From assembly GCA_964372755.1 (NCBI GenBank), contig CAYJQX010000002.1, positions 74,287 through 138,286 on the forward strand: DNA of 64,000 bases, given 5' to 3'. Under the pieces are notes generated by a model, which did no database searches, was not told the origin of the DNA, and saw only the letters and a program-made list of their open reading frames with translations. The DNA is from an uncultured Candidatus Saccharibacteria bacterium. GTDB lineage: Bacteria > Patescibacteriota > Minisyncoccia > UBA9983. Within the stretch, counting starts at the first letter, position 1. Each line of letters opens with the position of its first letter. The position numbers were made by a program, and so were the translations under genes. Below, piece after piece: positions 9,189 to 18,980 of the stretch.

Positions 9189-9959
9189 TTATTCTATCAT
9201 TTTTTTTGAAATCAAGGCGAGAAGAAAAAAAACAGAGGCGCTGACAACCATCATTGGTCCCGTTGGCAAAGAAAAGATATTCGCCAACAACATGCCCAGA
9301 GCAACGCTCAAAAGCCCAAAAATCATTGAGGTCCAAACATAATTTTTTATGCTATTGCTCACCATTCTTGAAGCCGTGGCTGGTATGATAAGTAGTGCCC
9401 CAACAAGCAACGCGCCGGCAAACTTTATGCCTAAAGCTACCATTATCCCTATTGAAACAAGGTATAAAAATTTATAGAAATTTGTTTTTATTCCTTCAGC
9501 TTTGGCTAGATCTTCCGAAAGAGTCAGAAGAGTTATTTTTTTAAAAATTGTTTTGACAATTATAAAAACAACCGATGAAAGAAGAATAATAAACACAGCT
9601 TCTTTCTTTCCTAGATTATCAATGTCGCCGATTAGAGCTTCTTCCAGCTCTTCGTGGGGAATAAAAAGCAAAGCAACCGCAAGGCTGGTGGTAAAAAGAA
9701 CTCCTATCAAAGCCTCAAAAGGAAGCCTTGTTCCTTTCTCTAACATCCAAATTATCACCACTCCTATTGCAAGAGAAAGCAGTGCTCCGCCGATAACATT
9801 AAAATCATAAAGAATGGCCAAAGCTACCCCCGGCAAAGCCACGTGCCCCAGGGCATCTCCAACTAAGGCCATGCGCTTGGTAATAAGCAAAGAACCCAGA
9901 TAACCGGAAACAACTCCGATAAATAAAGAGGCTGTTAAAATTAAAATGTTATTTTCCAT
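9189..9959 (-). CDS. ABC-3 family metal (Zn/Mn) transporter permease (ZnuB/MntB-like)
   Basis: Polytopic membrane protein carrying the signature ALVGDALGHVALPGVALAIL. Confidence 0.65.
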   Translation of the reverse strand: MENNILILTASLFIGVVSGYLGSLLITKRMALVGDALGHVALPGVALAILYDFNVIGGALLSLAIGVVIIWMLEKGTRLPFEALIGVLFTTSLAVALLFIPHEELEEALIGDIDNLGKKEAVFIILLSSVVFIIVKTIFKKITLLTLSEDLAKAEGIKTNFYKFLYLVSIGIMVALGIKFAGALLVGALLIIPATASRMVSNSIKNYVWTSMIFGLLSVALGMLLANIFSLPTGPMMVVSASVFFLLALISKKMIE

Positions 9960-10647
9960 TGTGGTTATGGCTGTAGAGAGAAATTTTCTCCCCGTAAAGC
10001 TTATGGAGCGTCTCTGGTGTTAACGCTATCTCCGGAGCGCCAAAACACACAGATTCTTTGTTTAAACATAAAACATTGTCCGCGAAAGAATGAACCACCG
10101 ATAAATCATGTGTAACTAGAATACTGGCCAAATTCTTTTCTTTGCTTATTCTTCCTAAAAGGGAGTAAATATCTTCTTCTCCCTTTGTGTCAATTCCCGA
10201 GGTAGGTTCGTCAAAAATTAGAATATCCGGATCACCCATCAAACTCCAAACGATCATCAACCGCTGGAATTCTCCGCCTGAAAGATTGGCTATCTTTTTC
10301 TTTAAAATTTTTTCGTCCAATCCCACTTCTTCCAGTTTTTCTTTCAAGAACTTATGGCTGTTGTTTTTTAAATTTAAAAATTCTAAAGAAGTTATCGGCA
10401 TTTCCGCTCCGGGTAAAAATCCTTGGGGGATATAAGAAGTTTTAATGTTTGTCTTCCACACGACTTCCCCGTTCTTTTTTGGCAGAAGATTTAAAATAGA
10501 TTTAATCAAAATAGATTTACCCGCTCCATTAGGACCAACGATCATTAGATTTTCTCCCTTTTTTATATCAAAAGAAATATTTTCAAGAATTGTTTCTCCT
10601 TGAATCATGACGGACAGATTTTTCACCGAGAGGATTGTATCTTTCAT
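9949..10647 (-). CDS. ABC transporter ATP-binding protein (ZnuC-like)
   Basis: Walker A GPNGAGKS, signature LSGGEFQRL and Walker B ILIFDEPTSGID. Confidence 0.75.
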   Translation of the reverse strand: MKDTILSVKNLSVMIQGETILENISFDIKKGENLMIVGPNGAGKSILIKSILNLLPKKNGEVVWKTNIKTSYIPQGFLPGAEMPITSLEFLNLKNNSHKFLKEKLEEVGLDEKILKKKIANLSGGEFQRLMIVWSLMGDPDILIFDEPTSGIDTKGEEDIYSLLGRISKEKNLASILVTHDLSVVHSFADNVLCLNKESVCFGAPEIALTPETLHKLYGEKISLYSHNHNGK

Positions 10648-10673
10648 GGGAACAAAGCTATCTTAACAAAAAT

Positions 10674-10711
10674 AAGCCCTTCTGCAAAAGCAGAGGGCTT
10701 ATTTTTTTCGC
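10674..10711. terminator. bidirectional rho-independent terminator downstream of RRM gene
   Basis: Stem ataagccc(t)tctgc/gcagagggcttat with T-runs on both strands. Confidence 0.45.
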
Positions 10712-10724
10712 AAAAACGGAAAGA

Positions 10725-11012
10725 TTAACGACGGTAAGGACGATCTCCGCCCCTTCTGTCATCATCAGACTTAGGTCGAGCCTCGTTAACAACGAGAGCT
10801 CTTCCGCCTGAATCCTTGCCGTTCATGGCTTGAACTGCTTCATCAGCCTCGGTATCGTCAGACATTTCAACAAAACCAAAACCTCTTGAGCGTCCAGTCA
10901 TGCGATCCATTACTACGGAAGCCGAAGTAATGGAAGAGTAGGCTGAGAAAAGCTCGCGCAATTCCTCATCCCGCACAGTGTAGGGAAGATTCCCCACGTA
11001 CAACTTCTTCAT
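10725..11012 (-). CDS. RRM-type RNA-binding protein
   Basis: RNP-2 LYVGNL and RNP-1 RGFGFVEM are present, with an RGG-like C-terminal tail. Confidence 0.7.
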   Translation of the reverse strand: MKKLYVGNLPYTVRDEELRELFSAYSSITSASVVMDRMTGRSRGFGFVEMSDDTEADEAVQAMNGKDSGGRALVVNEARPKSDDDRRGGDRPYRR

Positions 11013-11110
11013 GGCTATAACACTTAAAACTCTTTGTAGGAGACCTATCTTGAAGCCGTACGCGAAACTCGCAACCTCTTCCCAAGAACCCTACCAAGCT
11101 AATACATGGG

Positions 11111-11119
11111 AGTATAGCA
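11111..11119 (-). promoter_or_regulatory. extended -10 TGCTATACT for RRM gene, roughly 90-nt 5'UTR
   Basis: The minus strand reads tggTATGCTATACTccc. A long GC-richer leader follows. Confidence 0.3.
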
Positions 11120-11160
11120 TACCAATCAGAAAAAAGCAAGTGCAAAAAAATACCTGTGTA

Positions 11161-14100
11161 TTACCTCATTATTTCCTTCAAAGAACAATAATTGCATTTT
11201 GCGTCTCCGCACCTCTTATTTTGAAAAGATAAGCTCAAGATTTCGCCAGACACCTCTTTTATTTCTTTATTCACTTTTTCCGTATCCTCACCTGATACCA
11301 TAAATAATTCTTTTTTGTAATTCCCCCTCTCGTTTGGTTCAATGAAATCCACCTCCGCCGAAATCATTTTGTACTTTCCACCAGCATATTTATCCAATAA
11401 AATTTTATAAAATATAATCTGGCGTTTAATGTTGCCTTTTGAATTTTTTGTTTTTCCCTCTATCTCATTTCTGGATTTAGGAATACCAGTTTTATAATCA
11501 ACCACGTTTACTTCCAGTGAATCAGAGAGTATTTCTACTTTATCCAGCTTGCCGGTTAATCTAGTTCCTTCGGAAAAATCCACCCCCCTGATATCCAATT
11601 CCGTAAAAACCCTCGTGCGCCATTTGCCCTCGTATTCGTCGTAATATCCGGAAAGAGCGGATCGGCCTCTCTCAAGCGAAGCTTCATAATCCGCCTCCAA
11701 GATCGGCTGTTTATTCAAAGCGTCCTGAAACAAAGTGAGAAGAAATTCTTTACTTGCCACGCCACTGGAATTTAATTTCTGGAAAAATCCGGCCAAGCTT
11801 TCATGGATAGCCGTGCCATAGAGCTGATGCATTGCTTTGGCTTGAGGCAAACGAAGAAGGTTTACAAAAAAATATTTCCACGGGCATTCTAAATAATTGT
11901 TTAAACCTGTCACCGATAAACCGCGGGCAGAAAAAAGTTCCTTCACAAAAAATAAGTCTTTCTTTTTCGCGCTTTTTTTGGGTTCAAAAACAAAATCAAA
12001 GAAAGGATTCAGTCTCACCGTTTCGTCAAAATAATTCGTATCTTTTTTTTGGATTAATTCTTCCCGTATTTCCTGAATAAATCTTGACGGAAGCTTTTCT
12101 TCTCCCGTGTCGCTTCTCGAGGAATAAGAAATTGTTACCGTTTTTTTCGCTCTGGTTAGCGCCACATAGAATAGTCTTCTTTCATCGTCGTCGTTTATTT
12201 CATCAAGACCAATAAGATTGGTCTTGATTTCAGGAATCTTCAGGCTGTTTAAACGTCGGCGGTTTCCCCAATGCCCATCAAAGCATCTGACAATATAAAC
12301 ATAATCAAATTCCATTCCCTTTGATTTGTGAGCTGTTAAAAGTTTTACAGCCTGAAAATTTTTTGTTTGGTTTTTAGCCTTGATAGGAACATTGTGCTCG
12401 TAGAGAGTGTCGATATACAAAAGAAAATCCGCTAACTTATGATTCTTGTGTCTTTCAGAAACAGATTTTATTTCCTTAAAAAAAGCGTTGAGTTTTTCTA
12501 GGGCAGGTATGGGATTCTCCGAACTCATTATAGAGTTTAATATTTTCGATTCTTTAACTATTTTTTCAAAAAGCTCCGCCAAAGAATGGAATGAAGCATA
12601 TTTTTTGCATTTTGATAGAAATTTTATGTAAGAAACTATGGCTTTTTCATTTTTCAATCCTATTTTTTTCAAATTTTCCTCGCTGTTTAAAATTTTAAAA
12701 AACGACTTCCCTGTTTTTAAAGATTCTTGGCCTATAAAGGCTATATCACTCGGCTCGACTTCAAAAAAATCCACCAGAAGAGCGTTAGAGAGGTATTCAT
12801 CGTTATCCAGATTTTCTATTGCTTTCAATACAGAAACAATTTTTTTCACCCCCGCATCATGCAAAACATTCTCATCAGACTGGATAACGACGGGAATACC
12901 GGATCGTGAAAAAGTTGAGGCAAAGGAAAAAGCATCGGCATTATCCCTATAAATAACAGCCACATCAGGGAAAGATTCATCACCCTCCTCTAATTTTGTT
13001 TCCTCAATCAGTTTCTCGATATCTTTTACCAAAAAAAATCTTTCCGAAGCATCGGAATCAAAGCCTAAAATATTGATAGGATTCTCCTTCAGACCGGATA
13101 AAGCTTTTAACTTCTTTAAAGGCTTGGCAGAGTCAACATGCGGTTTGTTTTTCTCCGCCAAAGAATGAGCTGCGTCTAGTATTGTTTGGGTGGAGCGATA
13201 ATTGTCTTCTAAATAGATGATTTTTGCCGAAGGATAAAGTTTTTGGAATTCCAGAAAGTTATTCAAAGATGCCCCTTGAAATCTGAAAATGGCTTGTTTT
13301 TCGTCTCCGACAATAAAAATATTGGGATTTTCATGATAGCTGGATAAAAGCTCCAAGATTTTATTCTGGCCATTATTGGCGTCTTGATGTTCATCGGCTA
13401 AAAGATATTGATACTGTTCCTGCAACGAGAGAAGCAGGCTGGGATCCTTCTTTAAAGCTCGCACCACTTCTATGATCATGTCGTTATAATCGTAAAGTTT
13501 TTGCTCGGACAAAATTTTTTCATAATGGCGATAGGCCATAATCATTTCTTTCGACTTTTCAATTTGTTTCGCTTCCCGTTCATATTTCACCTTCATTTTA
13601 TTCTCCGATCCTTTTTTTGAACTAAAAATATCCGGGTTTGCCAAAAATTCCTTTTCAATTTCTGAGACACGCTTCTCTAATTCTTCTGTTTCAAGATTTT
13701 CTCTCTTCATCTCGTTTAATATCTGAAGAAAAGGTTTTACATAATAAAATCTATCGCCGTAGGGGGCTAGATGTTTAAAATTGGAATCCTCAATTATTTT
13801 TTTGATAATGGCAATTTGCTCTACTTCAGTGATATTTGTCGAGCCGATAATCTTGGGAAAATCCTCCGGGTAATCCTTTATGATTTTGTTGGCAAAACCA
13901 TGAAAGGTGAAAATAGATGCTCTGTAAGCCCTTGAGCCAATAATCTCCGCTAATCTTTTGCGCATGGAATAAACTCCGGAATCGGTAAAAGTCAATGCTA
14001 GAATAGATTCCGGTTCGGCATCGGTCATTTTTAAAATATTGGCAATACGCAAAGTGAGAATTTGTGTTTTTCCCGTGCCGGGGCCGGCAACAACCATCAC

Positions 14101-14184
14101 CGGTCCTTCGATAGTGTCCACCGCTTCCTGCTGACGCGGATTAAGTTTTGAGTATAAATATTCAAAAGAATTATCTCTTGCCAT
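11161..14184 (-). CDS. UvrD/PcrA-family helicase with C-terminal Fe-S PD-(D/E)xK nuclease domain (AddA/AddB/Cas4-like fusion)
   Basis: Walker A AGPGTGKTQ and UvrD helicase motifs. The C-terminus carries VVDYKTG (PD-D/ExK) and the Cys cluster C...CGDAKCNYC. Confidence 0.7.
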   Translation of the reverse strand: MARDNSFEYLYSKLNPRQQEAVDTIEGPVMVVAGPGTGKTQILTLRIANILKMTDAEPESILALTFTDSGVYSMRKRLAEIIGSRAYRASIFTFHGFANKIIKDYPEDFPKIIGSTNITEVEQIAIIKKIIEDSNFKHLAPYGDRFYYVKPFLQILNEMKRENLETEELEKRVSEIEKEFLANPDIFSSKKGSENKMKVKYEREAKQIEKSKEMIMAYRHYEKILSEQKLYDYNDMIIEVVRALKKDPSLLLSLQEQYQYLLADEHQDANNGQNKILELLSSYHENPNIFIVGDEKQAIFRFQGASLNNFLEFQKLYPSAKIIYLEDNYRSTQTILDAAHSLAEKNKPHVDSAKPLKKLKALSGLKENPINILGFDSDASERFFLVKDIEKLIEETKLEEGDESFPDVAVIYRDNADAFSFASTFSRSGIPVVIQSDENVLHDAGVKKIVSVLKAIENLDNDEYLSNALLVDFFEVEPSDIAFIGQESLKTGKSFFKILNSEENLKKIGLKNEKAIVSYIKFLSKCKKYASFHSLAELFEKIVKESKILNSIMSSENPIPALEKLNAFFKEIKSVSERHKNHKLADFLLYIDTLYEHNVPIKAKNQTKNFQAVKLLTAHKSKGMEFDYVYIVRCFDGHWGNRRRLNSLKIPEIKTNLIGLDEINDDDERRLFYVALTRAKKTVTISYSSRSDTGEEKLPSRFIQEIREELIQKKDTNYFDETVRLNPFFDFVFEPKKSAKKKDLFFVKELFSARGLSVTGLNNYLECPWKYFFVNLLRLPQAKAMHQLYGTAIHESLAGFFQKLNSSGVASKEFLLTLFQDALNKQPILEADYEASLERGRSALSGYYDEYEGKWRTRVFTELDIRGVDFSEGTRLTGKLDKVEILSDSLEVNVVDYKTGIPKSRNEIEGKTKNSKGNIKRQIIFYKILLDKYAGGKYKMISAEVDFIEPNERGNYKKELFMVSGEDTEKVNKEIKEVSGEILSLSFQNKRCGDAKCNYCSLKEIMR

Positions 14185-14193
14185 TTGCGAAGT

Positions 14194-14222
14194 AATTATA
14201 CATTAAAAAAACCGCTGAATCC
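14194..14222 (-). terminator. rho-independent terminator ending the upstream minus-strand operon
   Basis: 9-bp stem accgctgaa/ttcagcggt with loop tccc, followed by a 7-T run on the minus strand. Confidence 0.5.
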
Positions 14223-14236
14223 CTTCAGCGGTTGGT

Positions 14237-14530
14237 TTAGGATGATTCCTCAGTCATAAACTCGAGAGCTCTTCCTTTTTCCAATACGTATCCCCTTCGA
14301 CCATCCTTGGCCGTGAAAGGAAATACGACTTCCTTGTCTCGGAGGGGGAATTCCTCTCCGTTTTCGAAAACAAGCAAGGCCAACCCGGATACCGCCAAAT
14401 CATAGACGGCACACAGATGGCCTTTTTTCAGAGGCTCGGCCTCTAGAGATCTCTCCGCTGCTTTTCGTAACTGTGGTGAGATCTCAAACAGAGCCATATT
14501 CCCTCCTTTCTTGATCGGGTCTAGTTTCAT
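14237..14530 (-). CDS. hypothetical protein (GC-rich compared with neighbours)
   Basis: 97-aa ORF. Its likely start is the second Met (MALFEISPQL). No motif. Confidence 0.35.
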   Translation of the reverse strand: MKLDPIKKGGNMALFEISPQLRKAAERSLEAEPLKKGHLCAVYDLAVSGLALLVFENGEEFPLRDKEVVFPFTAKDGRRGYVLEKGRALEFMTEESS

Positions 14531-14555
14531 ACTATAATGTTATTTAAAAATAAAG

Positions 14556-15260
14556 TCAAGTGAGTACTTTAGCCTTTAAAACAAGTTTGTTTATGTAAGG
14601 CACTATTTCTCCATCTCTTGGCATATTACGACCAGCCGTCTCATATATCTCATGTTCGTCGTGACTCACTGTTTCTTTGGCATCTCCGAAATCTATTATA
14701 TAGACTACTCTCTCCTCTCCAACTATAAAAACATTTCGAGGATCCAAATCCCGATGATAAAGGCCGACATTATTTGCAATCTTAATCTGTTTACTTAGAT
14801 CTTGGGTAATCCTTAGCCATTCTTGACTGCTAATTTTTACAGAGTGAGATAACATGTCCGAGATCAAACTACTTAAATCTTGCCCTTCTAAAAACTCCAT
14901 AGCTATGTGCTCGTTAACACTTCCTTCCTTCTTCCACCAACGTGAAAAGGCCATTGGCATCGGCACCCTGACTCCGGCATCATAAAAACGGCTTTGCAAC
15001 TCATACTCTCTCTCAAGAGTGTTCGCCGACTTACCCTCTGAGTGAATAGTTTTCATGCAAATTCTTTCAGGAATAGATTCGTCTGAAGCTATCCATATTT
15101 CACCAGACTTACCTTGGTCTATGTGCCTTCTTCTATCAAATTGACTCTCCAAGACCTCTGCGTTACGAAAGAGTTGCTCTAAGGTTTCGTTTTTTATCCC
15201 CCTTTTTTCGCTTCTTGGAGATATGTTAGTTATGTGGTCAGGGTATCTTTCTAAAGTCAT
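14556..15260 (-). CDS. atypical protein-kinase-like protein (short C-lobe; Kdo/RIO/Bud32-like architecture)
   Basis: GKSGEIW glycine loop, CMK lysine, catalytic loop YHRDLDPRNVFI and IIDFGDA. The protein ends about 40 aa after the DFG motif. Confidence 0.5.
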   Translation of the reverse strand: MTLERYPDHITNISPRSEKRGIKNETLEQLFRNAEVLESQFDRRRHIDQGKSGEIWIASDESIPERICMKTIHSEGKSANTLEREYELQSRFYDAGVRVPMPMAFSRWWKKEGSVNEHIAMEFLEGQDLSSLISDMLSHSVKISSQEWLRITQDLSKQIKIANNVGLYHRDLDPRNVFIVGEERVVYIIDFGDAKETVSHDEHEIYETAGRNMPRDGEIVPYINKLVLKAKVLT

Positions 15261-15262
15261 CT

Positions 15263-15736
15263 TTAAAAAAGTTTTGTTAAGTAAAAAGCTAAGAAGATTA
15301 TGCCCGCTTGCATTGCCGGGCCGATTAAAAAACGACCGTTAAAATGTTTCTTGGCATGGATCCACATATGAAATTTTTGCAAAAAAAGAGGATGTTTTGT
15401 CTTCCAGTAAACAAATTGCAAGATATCCGGCGCAATACCTCCCAAAGCCCCGAAAACAACCGGCCAAGAAAAAGAAAAAAGCAGAAGCGGCAAAATTATT
15501 CCAGCAGAAAAGTCCAACCCTATTTTCAGGATACTGAGAAAATTTTTTCTTCCGAGAGAAAATTCTTTTTGGAGCGGATCGGCTTTTTTTTCCGTGGAGA
15601 TATGATAATCCCAATGAGGAATCATATCCATCAGAAAATGGCTGAAGAAGCCGAAGACAAAAGCCAAGTAAGGATTGGCTGTAAACAAAACTTTGGCTAA
15701 AGCCCCGCCAATGAATCCGTGTGTCACTAAAATCAT
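15263..15736 (-). CDS. membrane-bound metal-dependent hydrolase-like protein (YdjM/DUF457-like)
   Basis: Small polytopic protein containing HFLMDMIPHWDYH. Confidence 0.4.
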   Translation of the reverse strand: MILVTHGFIGGALAKVLFTANPYLAFVFGFFSHFLMDMIPHWDYHISTEKKADPLQKEFSLGRKNFLSILKIGLDFSAGIILPLLLFSFSWPVVFGALGGIAPDILQFVYWKTKHPLFLQKFHMWIHAKKHFNGRFLIGPAMQAGIIFLAFYLTKLF

Positions 15737-16350
15737 GTCTTACTTTTTTTAAATCCGTGAACAAATTCGCGGAAAACCGGAATTAACGACAAAAAGATAA
15801 TACCAAATATTATAGGCAGAAGATATTTATCAATATTCGGAACAAAAGATCCTAAAGAATAACCTAAAATTATAAGACCGAATGACCAAACAAATCCACC
15901 AATGACGTTGTAAGTAAAAAAAGTTTTATAAGGCATAGAACCGACACCGGCCAAGATTGGAGCGAAGGTTCTTATTATAGGTATAAACCTCGCTAAAATA
16001 ATGGTTTTTTTTCCATGTTTTTCATAAAAATGCTGGGCGCGGGAAATATGGTCTTTATGAAAAAAGAAGGAATCTTCCCGGGTAAAAATTTTTATTCCCA
16101 CTCTTCGGCCGAAAGTATAGCCCACATTGTCACCCAAAACGGCAGCCAAAAAAACAAGAGGAGTGAGGAGATAAACATTTAAAAAACCTTGAGACGCCAA
16201 AAGCCCGGCGGTAAAAAGCAAGGAATCACCGGGCAGAAAGAAACCGAAAAAAAGACCCGATTCCACAAAAACCACAACAAAAATACCCAAAATTCCTAAG
16301 GCGTTTATCAAGTTCACCGGATCCAAAATCAAAAGAAAGTCTTTAAACAT
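15733..16350 (-). CDS. DedA family membrane protein
   Basis: FLPGDSLLFTAGLL DedA signature. Confidence 0.7.
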   Translation of the reverse strand: MFKDFLLILDPVNLINALGILGIFVVVFVESGLFFGFFLPGDSLLFTAGLLASQGFLNVYLLTPLVFLAAVLGDNVGYTFGRRVGIKIFTREDSFFFHKDHISRAQHFYEKHGKKTIILARFIPIIRTFAPILAGVGSMPYKTFFTYNVIGGFVWSFGLIILGYSLGSFVPNIDKYLLPIIFGIIFLSLIPVFREFVHGFKKSKT

Positions 16351-16359
16351 TATTTCCTG

Positions 16360-17058
16360 TTATTCGATCAAAAAAGCTTTGTTGATAGAAATGGCCTGTA
16401 CCGGTCTGTCGCTTGGCCCGACCTCGCTTAAAGCAATCGCATCCACCACTTCAAAACCGGAAATCACTTTTCCAAAAATAGTGTAGTTGTGAGGCAACGG
16501 ATAATCTTTATGCATTATGAAAAACTGGCTTCCGTTGGTATTGGGACCGGAATTGGCCATAGCCACTACTCCCTTTTTATAACCCTCTTTGGCGCTTGGA
16601 GTTGTAGGATCAAGCTCGTCGGCAAATTGGTATCCGGGACCGCCTGTGCCACAAGGGCCGGAGGGAATTTTGGATGAGTCTGCCAAATTGCCGCAATTAG
16701 GATCTCCTCCTTGTATCATAAATCCGCTGATTATCCGATGAAATGTTAAACCGTTATAAAAACCTTTCTTTATCAGATCGCGAAAATTTTCCGCGGTCTT
16801 TGGAGCGTCTTTATCGTACAGTTCAATTTTTATTGAACCCAGATTAGTTTCCAAAACAGCCATGTTTTCTTTTGCTTTGTTCTGCTCTTCCATATTGTTT
16901 GTTTGCGTGTCTATGTTTATATTATTTGAAGTGTTAATTTCTTGGGCGCTCTCCACAACGCCCCCCGTCTCTTCCTTTGGGGAATTTTTATAAGCCAGAA
17001 GACTTATCGCGCCAAAACCTCCTATCAAAATAACTGCCAAAATAATTTTTTTAATCAT
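16360..17058 (-). CDS. peptidyl-prolyl cis-trans isomerase, cyclophilin type (membrane-anchored or secreted)
   Basis: FHRIISGFMIQGGDP motif with an N-terminal TM/signal segment. Confidence 0.8.
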   Translation of the reverse strand: MIKKIILAVILIGGFGAISLLAYKNSPKEETGGVVESAQEINTSNNINIDTQTNNMEEQNKAKENMAVLETNLGSIKIELYDKDAPKTAENFRDLIKKGFYNGLTFHRIISGFMIQGGDPNCGNLADSSKIPSGPCGTGGPGYQFADELDPTTPSAKEGYKKGVVAMANSGPNTNGSQFFIMHKDYPLPHNYTIFGKVISGFEVVDAIALSEVGPSDRPVQAISINKAFLIE

Positions 17059-17084
17059 AAAGAATCAACTATGTAACTGATATT

Positions 17085-18950
17085 CTATATCTTTCCAAGC
17101 TTTTTGGCTAATTTTTCAGTTTCTTCCAAAAAAGATTTTGTTTCTTCTATTCCCGTTTTCCAGAAATTGGGTTCTTCGATATTTAAACCAACGTCAAAGA
17201 AAATTTCTTGCGGGGATTTAGAGGTTCCTGCTGAAAAAATTTCTTTTGTCTGATTAATAAAATCTTTATCTTTTTTCACTCTCAACTGAAGGGCTTTTGA
17301 AATAAGCAATCCGCTTACATACGAATAAACATAGAAAAAATTACGGAAATGACTCCAATAAACCCACCAATTTTCCACTCCATCTCCTAATTCCACTGAG
17401 GAACCTAAATAATTTTCCATATGTTTCAAAAAAAGCTTGTTTATTTCTCTTCCAGAAACAAAACCTTTTTTTCTGAAGAGAAGATGCAGTTCCCTCTCAA
17501 AATTATACGCGGCTGTTTGCCTGAAAATAGTGGCCATATCGTCATCAAGTTTTGCCACCATCAAGGCCAGCCTTGTTTCCTCATCCACTTCTTGTCCGAG
17601 TTTTGCCAACACAAAATCTTCCATAAAAGTGCTCGCCACCTCCGCAATCGCCAAACTGGTATCGCAATTTAGGGCATTCTGCTTTTTTCGCATCAGTTCG
17701 TTATTGATGGCGTGCCCGGCTTCATGGGAGAGAGTCAGCACATCATGAAGACGATTGGTGTGATTTAATAAAATATAGGTCGGCAGTTTCGGAAGCGAGT
17801 GAGCGCAAAAAGCTCCGCTTGATTTCCCTTTTTTTGGAAAAACGTCAATTCTGCCTTCCGAATTAAGTTTTTCCAATATTTGAGAAAATTCTCCGTCCAT
17901 TTCTCGAAAAACTTTATTCACAAGATTAAAGGATTTTTTGTAATCGTATTTTTGGTTTGCTTTCCCGTAAGTCATGGCCCTTTCGTGATAAGCCAATTTT
18001 TTGACTTTAAAAAGCCGGGCTTTAAGTGAATAAAATCTGTGAGCAACAGAAAAATTCGCTGTCACCGTTTTTATTAAAGTGTCAACTATCTTAGTATCAA
18101 TATCGTCGGAGAGATGGCGGCCGGCATCGGGGCGAGTAAACCCTCGTAAATTATCTTCTGTTTTTTTGTAAAGAAGAATAGAATTCATTTCCGCAACAGC
18201 CATTTCGGATTTTTCTTCCATTATTTTTGTTACTTCCTTGTTTGCCTCGTCTCTTGTTTTTTTATCCTTGTCCGTGATCAAATTCAAAAGTTCTGAAAAA
18301 GAAAAAACTTTCTTTTTGTTTTTTACGGATGCTAATTTTCTTGTTTCTTTGGCCAGAGCGCCCTCTGTCATTATTGTCCAGTTTTCATAGGCGGGGGTTT
18401 CCATCAAAGAAAGAAGGTTTTCTTCTTTCTCGGATAAAAGATATTTTGCTTCGGCAAAAATCCTTTCAAGATAATGCCTGTATGGGAAAAGCGGCGCATA
18501 GGAGAGAAATTTTTGCTGGATTTGGGAATCGATTTTTGACAAACGGAGAGAAAAAAACCTGATTGAATTAGACAAATGTTTGGCTCTCTCTAGCGCTTGC
18601 TGATAACCGGCTTTGATTTCCGTATTTTCTTGATTTTCTTCGAATCTAAGAGAAAAATAATAAACCTCCCTGCTGTGCGCTCCATATTCCCTTTTCCATC
18701 TCTCGTATTCATTCAAAGCTTCAAGAAGGGCCTCCGGATTATATAGATAATCTTCTCGTTCTTTCCATTTTTTGATAAACGCTTCAGTTCTCTTTTCTGT
18801 TTCCAACCTCAATTTTTTGAAGTTTAAGCCTTTGTCGTTTTTTACGACATCGGAAAAATCCCACAAGGTTTTAACTTTTATCTCTGTTTTTTTATTTTCT
18901 TTTTTATTCTTCATAGGCGTCAATGAGTATAACAAAAAAAATCCTCTCAA
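17085..18950 (-). CDS. pepF: oligoendopeptidase F (M3B family)
   Basis: HEAGHA zinc motif. About 600 aa. Confidence 0.7.
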   Translation of the reverse strand: MRGFFLLYSLTPMKNKKENKKTEIKVKTLWDFSDVVKNDKGLNFKKLRLETEKRTEAFIKKWKEREDYLYNPEALLEALNEYERWKREYGAHSREVYYFSLRFEENQENTEIKAGYQQALERAKHLSNSIRFFSLRLSKIDSQIQQKFLSYAPLFPYRHYLERIFAEAKYLLSEKEENLLSLMETPAYENWTIMTEGALAKETRKLASVKNKKKVFSFSELLNLITDKDKKTRDEANKEVTKIMEEKSEMAVAEMNSILLYKKTEDNLRGFTRPDAGRHLSDDIDTKIVDTLIKTVTANFSVAHRFYSLKARLFKVKKLAYHERAMTYGKANQKYDYKKSFNLVNKVFREMDGEFSQILEKLNSEGRIDVFPKKGKSSGAFCAHSLPKLPTYILLNHTNRLHDVLTLSHEAGHAINNELMRKKQNALNCDTSLAIAEVASTFMEDFVLAKLGQEVDEETRLALMVAKLDDDMATIFRQTAAYNFERELHLLFRKKGFVSGREINKLFLKHMENYLGSSVELGDGVENWWVYWSHFRNFFYVYSYVSGLLISKALQLRVKKDKDFINQTKEIFSAGTSKSPQEIFFDVGLNIEEPNFWKTGIEETKSFLEETEKLAKKLGKI

Positions 18951-18980
18951 GCGACACCTTGCTTTGAGAGGATTGTTTTT

